DNA from: Malacoraja senta
Taxonomy: Eukaryota
Assembly (NCBI GenBank): GCA_038087875.1
Contig: CM075999.1
Span: forward strand, 622,001-686,000
Length of the DNA stretch: 64,000 bases
Direction of reading: 5' to 3'
Of this stretch, positions 1 through 12,212 are shown piece by piece. The translations under genes and the position numbers were made by a program. Every line of letters begins with the position of its first letter. The stretch's first letter is position 1. Under the pieces are notes generated by a model. It was not told the DNA's origin. It made no database searches and saw only the letters and a program-made list of their open reading frames with translations.

Positions 1-1349
1 CGTATGCTGATAAGGAGGGAAGGGAATGTGGAATGTAGCTTACACTTTGAACCTTTTAATGAAATTACCTGTGTCTAAGAGGGAGGAGCAGTAGCAGTAG
101 CAACAAAGAGAGAGAGAGTCCAAAGTGTGTTTTGGGTTGAGACCGTTCTTCAGTATGTGTTGTATTTATGAACAAAGTATGAACATTTTTGGTGAATGAT
201 TTGTTTAAATGTCTTGGTCAGTAAATTTAGTGGAGCACTGACCTTGGCTAGCAAAGCAACTTTCTAGCTGTGTTTGAATATATTTTGTAATTACGTGAGG
301 AAATGAAATCCTGCATCTCCAGTGGTATAAACTCAAGGTTATGTAAAAATGGCTGGCTGACATTTTCCTCTGATACAGCCTATGTATGGATCTTGTCTGC
401 AGGACAGCTATCTTATTGTTTTTCTTAAATTATATTTAAGAAGTATATGGCTTCTGTTTTATAATTCTCCAAAGCTAGCTTGGTCAAGGTTAGCAACACA
501 ACAACACAAGACATAGTGCCTTTGCCTGATAATATCATAAATATCAAAATGTAAATTTCTCATTTTTGGGTGTATCAAAGTTTTAAGAGTTTTTCATGAT
601 TTCCTTGAGGCGTGTATAACTGTGTTTTACTCTTGGGTGAGAATTAGATTGCTTTAACATGTGTGAATATCTGAAATTCAGCATATTGCATGAGGTGTGG
701 AAATTTGTGAGTGAACGTCACAGAAAAGAGGGTGTAGAGTGAGTAAGTTTAAAGACTGTTACTTGTTTGTGGAACCGGTTCTGGGTGAATGTTGAATTCA
801 TCCCATAATTCAGATGAAATAGGATGTCATTGAATGAGCTTGCTTATTTACGTGAAAAATCTTTGTCTCATGTTTTAAAAGGTAGTGTCTCTTTACGAAG
901 TTGCAGCTGTGTGGGCGTTGAGCCGCACACCGTTATTTTCTTTTCCTTTGCTCTTTGGAATTGCATTGGCTATCTATGTGGAAATTAACTGTTTATTCTC
1001 TGTCTTGTCAACTTTTATTAAACAGTGGATGTGGCTCAGCAAAGAGACTGTTCATTTTCTTCGCCGCATAACCTGGCATTAGGATTGGTGACCTTGTCGG
1101 TATTTTAAGTTTAATTTCTTCCTATTTCTTACGTTTTGAATTGAATTCAAGAGAGATCTGAATTGCACACTGGCCATGTGGATTTCAGATTGAGGTATTG
1201 GATGAGAATTGGAAATGCCTTTATCTCAGAAAAAAATCTGTTAATTTTAAATTAAGAATTTGGGGAGAAAGATTGAAGGAATTGGGAATCATTTTTAAAT
1301 TGTTTTTTTCTTTATAATGACCTATTTTAAAGGGTCTGCCTTGTAAGTA

Positions 1350-1689
1350 GTTAAAGAGTTTAAGTAAAGCCTTGACTGAGACTGGACAGGACCTTAGTGA
1401 TGAATTAATTACATAAGCACAGCAATTGGCCCGAACATTGTCAGTTTTACAGAAACCACTGAACCAGAGAAACACAGAAACCACTATCAGCTGACCATAA
1501 CCGCGAATCCTTACAACCAGGCGATCACGAACTGATAAGAATTGGGATTGGAGGAAATTGGGAGAACGGTGGAAGGAGCCCTTCCCAGTACTATTGACTA
1601 CACCTACAGCAGTGAAGGTCGAAAATAATCCTTGTTGGATACACCTAACCGATTGCGAAAGAATTAGAAATTGGAACAAGGAAGTATGA
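1350..1689 (+). pseudogene. pol: Endogenous retrovirus pol remnant (integrase C-terminus), gamma/epsilon-like
   Basis: 1561-1689 translates GERWKEPFPVLLTTPTAVKVENNPCWIHLTDCERIRNWNKEV*. This matches the retroviral IN C-terminal motif RWKGPxxVLLTTPTAVKVxxxxxWIH. An LQPGD motif lies just upstream in another frame, so the sequence is degraded. Confidence 0.85.
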
Positions 1690-2537
1690 ACTTGGATGTC
1701 CTCCTGCAAAACTGGAGGTAAAAGGAAGCCATACAGAATTTTTTTTTTTTAAAGGGCCAATATTTACAGTATCTTGTTAAAACCAGCCATGAACATAAGC
1801 GAACGCATTGCACTGATTTATATACGTGCCTCCCTAATACTAGGAACAAGTCTCCCCCTGGTTGAAGAAACTTGAACAATTAACAGTGACGCCTTATTTG
1901 TTCTTTGGGGTCCCGGGATTAGGAATAAAACCAAAGGGATCGATTTGAGATGGGAGACACCTCTGAGTCGCACTTAATCATTGCTACTAGACCTCCAGCA
2001 ACAGCGAAAGAAATAGGAAAATTGATAAAATGGCTGAAGGACAAACTGACAATTCATGTTTTAAAGTTGCCAATGACACAGAAGGAAAGGTCACTTGGGT
2101 CAGAAAGGAATGGGACACTATGAAAAGTAGCAGCTGCCTACTGAGGATCTGCCTACTGGGGCTCTGGTCCAAGTACCCTACGAACTATGGGCAAAGCATA
2201 AGAATCATGTGGGATGGGTGCATTCAGCCCCTGAACATAAACTGACAATAAAAAATGGGTGCTGCCTTGCCATGTTTAAAACAATATTGACTGGCCCCGG
2301 AGGCTGAAGAAGAGATAGCGATGGTATTTATGATTGACATGATTGTCTTTATTGCAACAAGCACTAATAGTGAAAATGCAAAGTCTGTATTCTGCCAATC
2401 CCGAAAGTGGGAAGACGTAATGAATGGTGTTTTGTCTAAGATCTGAGAGCTATTAAAAATAGTCCTTTAGTACCTGATACCAATATTATTCTGTCAACTA
2501 TACCAGCAGAAACCGATACCTTTACAGTAATTGACCT

Positions 2538-4889
2538 ATGTTCTACAGTAGTAGTGGAGTTGGGGATGGCATCAAACAGGAAATTAGAAACGTGTGCAAC
2601 AAAGGTAAAACCATTATAATGGGTGACTTCAATCTACATATAGATTGGGTGAATCAAATTGGCAGGGGTGCTGAGGAAGAGGATTTCTTGGAATGTATGC
2701 GGGATAGTTTTCTAAACCAACATGTAGAAGAACCAACGAGAGAGCAGGCTATTCTAGACTGGGTATTGAGTAATGAGGAAGGGTTAGTTAGCAGTCATGT
2801 TGTGCGTGGCCCCTTGGGCAAGAGTGACCATAATATGGTTGAGTTCTTCATTAGGATGGAGAGTGACATTGTTAATTTAGAAACAAAGGTCCTGAATTTA
2901 AAGAAAGGTGACTTTGAGGGTATGAGACGTGAATTGGCCAAGATAGACTGGCCAATGATTCTTAAAGGGTTGACAGTGGATATGCAATTGAAGGCATTTA
3001 AAATGTTCATCCCAGTTTGGCAAAAGAATAAATCAGGGAAGGTAGTGCATCCGTGGATAACAAGGGAAATCAGGGATAGCATCAAAACAAAAGAGGAAGC
3101 CTACAAATTAGCCAGAACAAGCAGCCTACCAGAGGACTGGGAGAAATTCAGAGTCCAGCAGAGGAGGACAAAAGGCTTAATTAGGAAAGGGAAAATAGAT
3201 TATGAAAGAAAACTGGCAGGGAACATAAAAACTAACTGCAAATATGTCAAGAGGAAAAGATTAGTTAAAACAAATGTAGGTCCCTTGCAGTCAGAAACAG
3301 GCGAATTGATCATGGGGAACAAGGACATGGCAGACCAATTGAATAATTACTTTGGTTCTGTCTTCACTAAGGAAGACATAAATAATCTGCCGGAAATAGC
3401 AAGGGACCGGGGGTTAAATGAGGTGGAGGAACTGAGTGAAATCCAGGTTAGCCGGGAAGTGGTGTTAGGTAAATTGAATGGATTAAAGGCCGATAAATCC
3501 CCAGGGCCGGATAAGTTCCATCCCAGAGTACTTAAGGAAGTAGCCGCAGAAATAGTGGATGCATTAGTGATAATTTTTCAAAACTCTTTAGATTCTGGAG
3601 TAGTTCCTGAGGACTGGAGGGTAGCTAATGTAACCCCACTTTTTAAAAAGGGAGGGAGAGAGAAAACGGGGAATTACAGACCAGTTAGTCTAACATCGGT
3701 GGTGGGGAAAATTCTGGAGTCAGTTATTAAAGATGGGATAGCAGCACATTTGGAAAGTGGTGAGTTCATTGGACAAAGTCAGCATGGATTTATGAAAGGT
3801 AAATCATGTCTGACGAATCTTATAGAATTTTTCGACGATGTAACTAGTAGAGTGGATAAGGGAGAACCAGTGGATGTGTTATATCTGGACTTTCAGAAGG
3901 CTTTCGACAAGGTCCCACATAAGAGATTAGCATACAAACTTAAAGCACATGGTATTGGGGGTTCAGTATTGATGTGGATAGAGAACTGTCTGGCAGACAG
4001 GAAGCAAAGAGTAGGAGTAAACGGGTCCTTTTCAGAATGGCAGGCAGTGACTAGTGGGGTACCGCAAGGCTCAGTGCTGGGACCCCAGCTATTTACAATA
4101 TATATTAATGATCTGGATGAGGGAATTGAATGCAACATCTCCAAGTTTGCGGATGACACAAAGCTGGGGGGCAGTGTTAGCTGTGAGGAGGATGCTAGGA
4201 GGCTGCAAGGTGAATTGGATAGGCTGGGGGAGTGGGCAAATGTTTGGCAGATGCAGTATAATGTGGATAAATGTGAGGTTATCCACTTTGGTGGCAAAAA
4301 CGGGAAGGCAGACTATTATCTAAATGGTGGCCGATTAGGAAATGGGGAGGTGCAGCGAGACCTGGGTGTCATGGTACACCAGTCATTGAAAGTAGGCATG
4401 CAGGTGCAGCAGGCAGTGAAGAAAGCGAATGGTATGTTGGCCTTCATAGCAAGAGGATTTGAGTATAGGAGCAGGGAGGTTCTACTGCAGTTGTACAGGG
4501 TCTTGGTGAGACCACACCTGGAGTATTGCGTACAGTTTTGGTCTCCAAATCTGAGGAAGGACATTATAGCCATAGAGGGAGTGCAGAGAAGGTTCACCAG
4601 ACTGATTCCTGGGATGTCAGGACTTTCATATGAAGAAAGACTGGATAGACTTGGCTTATACTCGCTAGAATTTAGGAGATTGAGAGGGGATCTTATAGAA
4701 ACTTACAAAATTCTTAAGGGGTTGGACAGGCTAGATGCAGGAAGATTATTCCCGATGTTGGGGAAGTCCAGAACTAGGGGTCACAGTTTAAGGATAAGAG
4801 GGAAGACTTTTAGGACCGAGATGGGGGAAATCATTTTTTACACAGAGAGTGGTGAATCTGTGGAATTCTCTGCCACAGAAGGTAGTTGA
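2538..4889 (+). pseudogene. CR1 ORF2 (partial endonuclease + reverse transcriptase), 5'-truncated, C-terminal frameshift
   Basis: 783 aa ORF. Its C-terminus departs from the second copy (…KTEMRKNFFTQRV…) after RTEM, indicating a frameshift near 4826. Confidence 0.9.
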
Positions 4890-5088
4890 GGTCAGTTCAT
4901 TGGCTATATTTAAGAGGGAGTTAGATGTGGCCCTTGTGGCTAAAGGGATCAGGGGGTATGGAGAGAAGGCAGGGATGGGATACTGAGTTGGATGATCAGC
5001 CATTATCATATCAAATGGCGGTGCAGGCTCGAAGGGCCGAATGGCCTATTCCTGCACCTATTTTCTATGTTTCTATGTTTCTATGTTC
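2544..5088 (+). mobile_element. CR1-clade LINE, 5'-truncated, young
   Basis: ORF 2538-4889 has the end of an APE endonuclease (MGDFN, SDH) and an RT ([28 protein letters not shown]). It ends in a (TTTCTATG)n tail at ~5062-5088. CTATGTTC occurs at both junctions. Confidence 0.97.
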
Positions 5089-5901
5089 AGCCTTTTTCTC
5101 CATACCCCTGCATAAAGACCGGTAGCCTATTATTCCGTGGCTTTACCAGCAGTAGTAAAATAACATGCCAGCCTGCTTACACGCTGTAACGGCGAAGGCT
5201 ACAATGATAGAAGTGTTAGCAGTGAACTCGCTGCTGCAAGGTAAACAAGCTTCTTTATCTGATTAGGATGTTGGGTTTGTGCCATAACCCTTGATGAGCT
5301 CAAGGACAGATTCAAACCAAATTACAATCAGGCACATGTATGCCTCCATTACTGCAATAATTCTGCATAATTCATCATCCTCCAATTCACGGGCTTTCTT
5401 ATTTGGCCTGGGTTTTAATAAGAATGGGAATGTGCAGGGAAAAAATGATTAAAAGGCAAAAATTAATTTAACAAGATGGGCAGGTTAATGTTTAATTTAG
5501 TGGAAAGGCTGCAAGAAAACAAAGGTCTTGTATCTGATGTTGAGTTTGTCTAATATGTTCTTTATAAAAGTGCTTTTTATTTCAATATTTGACTTTCCAG
5601 AGCAACAATGATATCCCATCACTGTATTTATACTCTCAGCAAAGATTTTGTTCCATTGAGGTTGTTAGAATGGTAATTTAATTTTACTTCGGAGTCACGT
5701 GAGTGACTACGTGAAGAAGAGCCCGTCCAGCCACACACGCGTCATATCGTCAGACGCATACCGTTCAGACCGTGTGTGGAGGAGCAGGGCTCCTCCAAGT
5801 GGTGAGTAAAAAGTAAAAGTCGGAAGGTAAGTGCTTTCACTTTCACTTCCAGGTTCGCCTTTTCTCGTCAGACTTGTTGGTGGAGCTCCACGCAAGTTAA
5901 C

Positions 5902-7959
5902 ATGGAGAGAAGGCGCAGGGGAAAGAGACGTACCGCAGGTAAACCCCGAGTTTCGGAGGGTAGCGGGCATCAGTTAGAGGAGTCAGTGGCAGCGAGGCCA
6001 TTAACTCCTGTTGCGGTCGAAAGTGCCGTTGTACCGCCGGTGGGGCACAAGGCAGGACAAAAGTCTGTACGACCAGTAGACTCCGATGAGTCAGACCCAG
6101 AGGAAAACCCTCCTCAGTCAGAAAATGTAATGGCTGCTAGGGTCGCTAGCTTAGAACTCCTTATGGGGAAGATGATTTATAAAGAACCCCCACAGGAGGA
6201 TTTCAGTCCGCGTTGGCCGATGGAAGATACAGCACAGGAAGTGCCTTGGTTTGGACAGGCACAATGTTGGCCTACAGGAGAGCCATCAGGAATCTCTGTG
6301 CAAAGACAATACAGAGGTTGGCCTACAGGAGAGCCAATGCCCGAAATGCCATCAAAAAGGCAGTATATGTGTTGGCCTACAGGAGAGCCAGTACCAGAAA
6401 TGCTTGAACAAAGACAGTACAAACGTTGGTTGAGAGATGTGCCAGCGCGGACAATGTCAGAAGAAAGACAATATAAGCGTTGGCCTAGAACTGAGCCAAT
6501 GCCAGCAGCACCTGAAACAGGGTTGCCTATCCGTGGGCCTGCAGGAGAGCCCGTGCAGGGGGAATCTGGTAGAGAATTTACTATGCGAAGGCCGATAGAA
6601 GGGCCAGTGCTAGACTTACCTGAAACAGGAATGCCAGAAATTTCCCATCAGGAGGAGGAACATCAAGATTCAGATGATGATTTATATGAGGACCAGAGCC
6701 CAATATCAGAGCTTAAAATACCAGGGCTGGCACAAAAGTTTGCTGTTCCCAGATTAACAGGGGAACCTTTGGGAGATGAAATAGCAATGACTATAAATTA
6801 TCTGCTCTCCCATCAGCTCCAAGAATTAACTATGGATGAGACTGTTAAAAAATATGAGACCCTGGAGAATTGTGCACTGTTAGCAGTCCCAGCGGTGAAT
6901 AACTTAATATGGGGCTATTTGGGCATTGGATTACGCTCACAAGAATTAAAATTACAACGAGTGCTGAGATTGCTGGGGTCAGGCATTACGGCGTTTGCCA
7001 GAGGGTTGGATGAAGAACATGTATCTGATTCACAACAAGATGCCTTAGCACTTATGTGTAGTGCGCACTTTGAAATAAATTGTATTCGTAAAAGTGCAAT
7101 AAGACCGAATATTCATCCTAAGTATGCAGGGCTCTGCAAACCATCCAATATACAACTGCCTAATCTGCTTTTTGGAGAAAATCTAGCAAAAAAGGTAAAG
7201 GGCCTAAATGAAGAGGCAAAAACCATGGGCATGATGAAGCCAACAATGTTGAACAGAGCGATGCGAAGGCAATATCCCTACAGACGGATGTCTGGTGCTG
7301 GAGAAGGAACAAGCCGATCGTTCCCATATACGCGTTGGCGTACTGCACCGGAGATGCGTGGAGGTTACAATGTGCCTACTAAGAGGGGACAACATTTGCC
7401 GATGGCAAACCCCGAGGTAGGGGGGTCTGGTCTGGTAAGAAACATAACAAATGTTTTACACTCACAAGTGGAAGGAAGATTACAATTCTTCCTAAAAGAA
7501 TGGCAACTAATAACAAATGATTTGTTTATACTGTGCAGCATTATGGGATTTAGAATTGAGTTCTATCCACATTTGGATCCTCCTACTCAGCATATTTCAA
7601 GCCGGTCACGTACTTTCTCAAAGGAAGAGAATACGCAGATCCAGGCAGAATTAGAAATTTTGTGCAATAAAGGTGTAATAGAAAAGTCAGTAGAACAACA
7701 CCATCAGTTTGTGTCAAATATTTTTCCTAGAACAAAAAAGGATGGTGGATGTAGAATTATTCTGGATCTGACAAGTCTTAACCTTTTTGTACACTATAAA
7801 CATTTAAAAATGGAAACATTTACTAACGCCATTCAGCTTGTCACAAGAAACTGCTATATGGCAAGCATAGATCTGCAAGATGCATATTATTCTGTGGCGG
7901 TGCATGGTAATGATCAAAGATATTTAAAATTTAGGTGGATGTCAGTTATGGCAATTTAA
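5902..7959 (+). CDS. DIRS Gag-like ORF1 running in frame into the N-terminal RT
   Basis: 685 aa ORF: N-terminal repeat region, helical Gag-like region, then RT motifs (KKDGGCRIILDL, SIDLQDAYY). Confidence 0.8.
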   Translation: MERRRRGKRRTAGKPRVSEGSGHQLEESVAARPLTPVAVESAVVPPVGHKAGQKSVRPVDSDESDPEENPPQSENVMAARVASLELLMGKMIYKEPPQEDFSPRWPMEDTAQEVPWFGQAQCWPTGEPSGISVQRQYRGWPTGEPMPEMPSKRQYMCWPTGEPVPEMLEQRQYKRWLRDVPARTMSEERQYKRWPRTEPMPAAPETGLPIRGPAGEPVQGESGREFTMRRPIEGPVLDLPETGMPEISHQEEEHQDSDDDLYEDQSPISELKIPGLAQKFAVPRLTGEPLGDEIAMTINYLLSHQLQELTMDETVKKYETLENCALLAVPAVNNLIWGYLGIGLRSQELKLQRVLRLLGSGITAFARGLDEEHVSDSQQDALALMCSAHFEINCIRKSAIRPNIHPKYAGLCKPSNIQLPNLLFGENLAKKVKGLNEEAKTMGMMKPTMLNRAMRRQYPYRRMSGAGEGTSRSFPYTRWRTAPEMRGGYNVPTKRGQHLPMANPEVGGSGLVRNITNVLHSQVEGRLQFFLKEWQLITNDLFILCSIMGFRIEFYPHLDPPTQHISSRSRTFSKEENTQIQAELEILCNKGVIEKSVEQHHQFVSNIFPRTKKDGGCRIILDLTSLNLFVHYKHLKMETFTNAIQLVTRNCYMASIDLQDAYYSVAVHGNDQRYLKFRWMSVMAI

Positions 7960-7963
7960 AGCA

Positions 7964-9267
7964 TTGCCCAATGGTCTAACTTCAGCACCAAGGTTATTTA
8001 CAAAATTACTTAAACCAATTTTAGCTCTGCTAAGAGCTGAGGGCCATGTATTAATGGCTTATTTGGATGACATTCTGATTATGGGAGGCACTTTGGCTAC
8101 CGCAAAGGTATCGGTGTTAAGAGTCAAGTACATTTTTGAAAAAATGGGATTCATTATTCACCCACAAAAATCGAAACTATTACCAAGCACAAAGATTGAT
8201 TACCTGGGGTTCACAATTAACTCAGAACACATGGTAATTACCTTGCTGCAGTTAATTGAGGGTTGTACTAAGCTCATTAACGAGTACCAGCCCTCAATTA
8301 GACAAGTGGCAAACTTGCTGGGCAAATTAAATGCTGCTTTTCCAGCTGTAAGATTTGGACCATTGAATTATCAGCATTTGCAGAGGGCTAAGGTACAAGC
8401 ATTAAAGATTAATGCAGGGCCTTTTGATAGGCCCATGCAATGACAATTGAGCCTATTATGGAAATAGAATGGTGGATTAACAATGTCTCTAATGCTTCCA
8501 GAAAAGTTCTGGTAGACACACCTTCCGTTATTCTACAGACTGATGTAAGTGCTCTAGGATGGGGCGCAATAACACTGTGTCCAGCTGTGGAGGTAGGTGG
8601 AATGTGGAGGAAGTACCTTTGCTTGAAAATCAAGGTATAAATTACCTAGAGCTGTTAGGAACATTTTATGGGCTTAAAGCTTATTGCACTAATATGGAAA
8701 ATTTGCATGTTCAGGTACAGGTTGACAATACTACAGCTGTAGCACATGTAAATCATATGGGTGGTATCAAGTCAGAATCTTGTGATAGATTGGCAAATGT
8801 AATCTGGACCTGGTGTATTGCCAGGAAAATTTGGCTGTCAGCAATATACTTACCAGGTAAATTCAACATAGTTGCAGACAAAAGGTCACATAAATTTAAT
8901 GATAATACAGAATGGATGTTGCATCTTGAAATATTTAAGCAAATTGTGGCACAATTTGGAATGCCAGAGATTGACTTGTTTGCATCAAGACTCAACCACC
9001 AATTGCCTAAGTATGTGTCATGAGAACCTGATCCTGGTGCAGTAGCGGTGGATGCTTTCTCGCTACATTGGGGTGGTATGTTTCTGTATGCAGGGGATTT
9101 TGGTGGTGCCAGATTGGCCTACACAGCTATGGTACCCACTGGTGTTAAATATGATCAAAAAAAACCTTATGGTTATTCCAAAGCAGGTAAAACTACTTGT
9201 ACACCCTGTAACTGATGAACCACATCCTTTACATGATCGTATTGGTTTGTTGATTTGCAGATTCTAA
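7964..9267 (+). pseudogene. DIRS RT C-terminus / RNase H / N6-adenine methyltransferase-like domain, frameshifted
   Basis: Fragments LPNGLTSAPRLFTK, YLDD, QTDVSALGWG, INYLEL, VDNTTAVAHVNHMGG, ADKRS, IDLFASRLN, DAFSLHW and VVPDWPTQLWY are spread over several frames, with a stop at 9021-9023. Confidence 0.9.
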
Positions 9268-10274
9268 GAAGGCCATATCTTGGAAGAGGATTATCAGAGA
9301 GTACGGAGGATGTTATGGCAGCAGCCTGGAGGAATAGTACCCAGAAACAATACATTTCTTATATAAGGAAATGGGAGGTGTTTTGTTCAGAAAAGAATAT
9401 TGCATATAACACCGCAGACATTTCAGATGTGTTAGAGTTTCTTTCAACTCTTTATGTTGAATTAAAATTAAGTTATAGTGCAATCAATACTGCAAGGAGT
9501 GCTCTCTCTGCATATTTATGCTGGGAATCAGAACAAAATCCAATAGGATCACATCCTTGGGTCTGTAGGTTTATGAAGGGAATTGTCAACTCCAATCCTC
9601 CTAGACCCAGGTATACAGAAATCTGGAATGTAAAAGATGTACTTATGCTGCTGCGTGAATGGAATCCTATTGAAGCTCTGTCATTGGCCAAAATTACCAT
9701 GAAATCGGTTATGCTCATGGCGTTAGTTTCAGCACAGAGAGTTCAAACATTAGAGAAGTTAAGAATAGACAGGATGAAAGTAGGGGCAGATGCCGTTACA
9801 TTCTATGTCTATGATTTGCTGAAACAATGTAGACCTGGGTTCACGGGATGTAAGTTGGGGTTTTCAGCATATCCTATGGATCCACGGCTATGTGTAGTAA
9901 CATATATAAGATGTTACCTGGAAGCAACCAGAACCTTAAGAGGTACAGAATTAGCATTTTTTGTTAGCCATAAAAGCCCTCATAAGAAGGTGTCAACACA
10001 GACAATTTCAAGATGGTTGAAATAGGTGTTGATTTATTCAGGTATTGATACTGATAAATTTAAATCTCATTCCACCAGGGCGGCATCAACATCGGCGGCC
10101 AGGGATTCAGATGTTCCAATAGACCTTATCCTCGCGGCCGCAGGATGGGCAAGTGAACAGATGTTTCACAAGTATTATCACAAGGAGATTAAAGATGGTG
10201 CCGTGGTGCCGTGGTGCCGTGCTGGATTCAGTAGTAAATATCCCATTATGATAAATAGGTTACTATTGTTATAA
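9255..10274 (+). pseudogene. DIRS tyrosine recombinase with in-frame stop
   Basis: Contains SYSAINTARSALS, SAQRVQTL (catalytic R), HSTR, AGW and FHKYY. TAG at 10023-10025 separates the H-x-x-R/W/Y half. Confidence 0.92.
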
Positions 10275-11333
10275 TAAATAAAACCATTAACTGATTACAT
10301 TTAATGTTGTGGTTATGCATTGTTGATTGTGTTTACTCATTAGAGTCAATCAGTGCAGTGAGCATCTGGATTTGAATCCACGGTGTGAAATCACAGAGCT
10401 TTGAAATCTTCACGTAGTCACTCACGTGACTCCGAAGTAAAATAGTAAGATTAAACGAGAACTTACCAGTTTGAAGTTTGATCTTTATTTTATGAGGAGT
10501 TACGTTGAGGGATTACGTGCCCTCCGCTCCCACCCTTATAAAGATCGAGCTGGTAGTTCTAGTCTTTACGTATCTTACTATCATACTTCAGTAATTGTCG
10601 TCTGTGATTTCATTCCGCTGCTTTGAAGATTGGCGGGTGTGCGGCTGGACGGGCTCTTCTTCACGTAATCCCTCAACGTAACTCCTCATAAAATAAAGAT
10701 CAAACTTCAAACTGGTAAGTTCTCATTTAATCTTACTATTCTCTCCCCACAACCCAGCCCACACCCTACTACAACCATTTCCCAAACTAACTCATGGATG
10801 CCTGCTGAAATAATGCTACTAGTTCATGGTATCTTGTAACATTTGAACTTATGGATGTTAATCTCTTAAACAAGCTAAAAACTAATCTTCAGGTCCCACA
10901 GTCATAGATAAATGGCATGCAGCAATTCAATGGGAAGCTTTCAAAGCCGCAGTAGGGAAAATTTATTTAGGGGGACTTGCCAAATCTTGATCTGTTTTCC
11001 AAGCAATTCAATGGGGGAATTTGTACAAGAGTTAATGCTAACAGCCTGAAACACATGAATTCTAAATATTACTCTTTATTTTTTATAAGCTCTGCATAAA
11101 GATAGTTGACAGCTCCATTCTCATTTTACCCCTACCATTTTGTCATAAAGTATGCTATTTACGTTTTTAATCTCACAACATGAATTTGACAAAAGTCTTC
11201 GACCAGGTTATTGTCATTGTCAAACTGCAAAAATTCTTGATAATCTTTGTACGTAATTGTGTTCACTGTTTTACAACTATTGTATATTAAAAAAACGTAC
11301 ATACTATAAAATAAGTATTGATCATTATAATAA

Positions 11334-11597
11334 GACGAGTGTTGTGCCCAGATCCCTGATGAATCCTCTAATATCACTGACCTTGCTACCCACATTTCCC
11401 AAGAAATAGAGAAAATCCATAAGGTTGGCAGTGACATGCCAACCTTTGCCAATACAATGAAGGAAATGGGAGCTGCTGGCCATTCAGTTAGTTTGATGGA
11501 CTCTGGAATACTGTACGACACTATCTTTTTATTAATTATCGCTCTGATTTTTATTGTTAACTGCTTGCGACCATTATGTAACTACCGAGGATTGTGA
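11334..11597 (+). pseudogene. env: ERV env TM-subunit remnant
   Basis: Translates DECCAQIPDESSNITDLATHISQEIEKIH…ILYDTIFLLIIALIFIVNCL…*. This is the end of the CX6CC motif, a CCxxIPDxSxNIT heptad region and a hydrophobic membrane-spanning segment. Confidence 0.75.
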
Positions 11598-11822
11598 ATG
11601 TTATCATAACTGATAAAGATGAAGGAATGAGAAAGTTTAAAGATTTAAAAATCACAAAATGGATTCAGCTGTAGAATTAGAAGCAATAAAGAAAGGTTTT
11701 CACCTTTCTCCTATTACACTAGCAAGGCTAACAAAGATGTTTTCACCATTCTTCCATAACACTAGCGAGACAACAGCACAACTTCATGAATGTTTCCCTT
11801 TATGATATAAACATCAGGAGAA

Positions 11823-12212
11823 TGTTCAGACACTTGGCATACTCTTTACTCTATAAGATTATAATGTGTGTCAATAAGGTTAAAAAAAACAAATGCTTGA
11901 TCTGCAGAAAAATAGCCTCTTCGGCATGACCGTATATGGGCTAACCTTTCCTCTCTCGGAAGAACCTGTCAATCTTAACAGACAAGAGGTTGTACAATGC
12001 TCTGTAAGAAAAAGTATTGCTGAATCGCTGATTATTGGGGTATAAATATATCTGATTGAACATTACCTCTTTGTGTGGGAATAGAGTGAACCTATAGTCT
12101 GTATATTACATACAGTAAGAGTTTACTGCCACACCCACCTGGCGAAATAAAGATTTTACTACTTGATTACTAATTTTATTGCGTTTTGTCTGAAGTGAAA
12201 CGAACCTTAACA
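11823..12212 (+). mobile_element. Putative 3' LTR of the ERV
   Basis: TGTT…AACA termini, preceded by a short purine run (AGGAGAA). TATAAA at 12041 and AATAAA at 12146. Lies just downstream of the env remnant. The partner LTR is not in the window. Confidence 0.65.

Larger units (their letters stand above)
5681..10740 (+). mobile_element. DIRS1-type tyrosine-recombinase retrotransposon, structurally full length, ORFs decayed
   Basis: Contains gag-like, RT (YLDD), RNase H, methyltransferase-like and YR regions. Inverted termini: 5708-5740 vs 10633-10667. The internal complementary region ~10407-10519 is the reverse complement of both the left end and the extreme right end (10662-10740). Confidence 0.96.
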
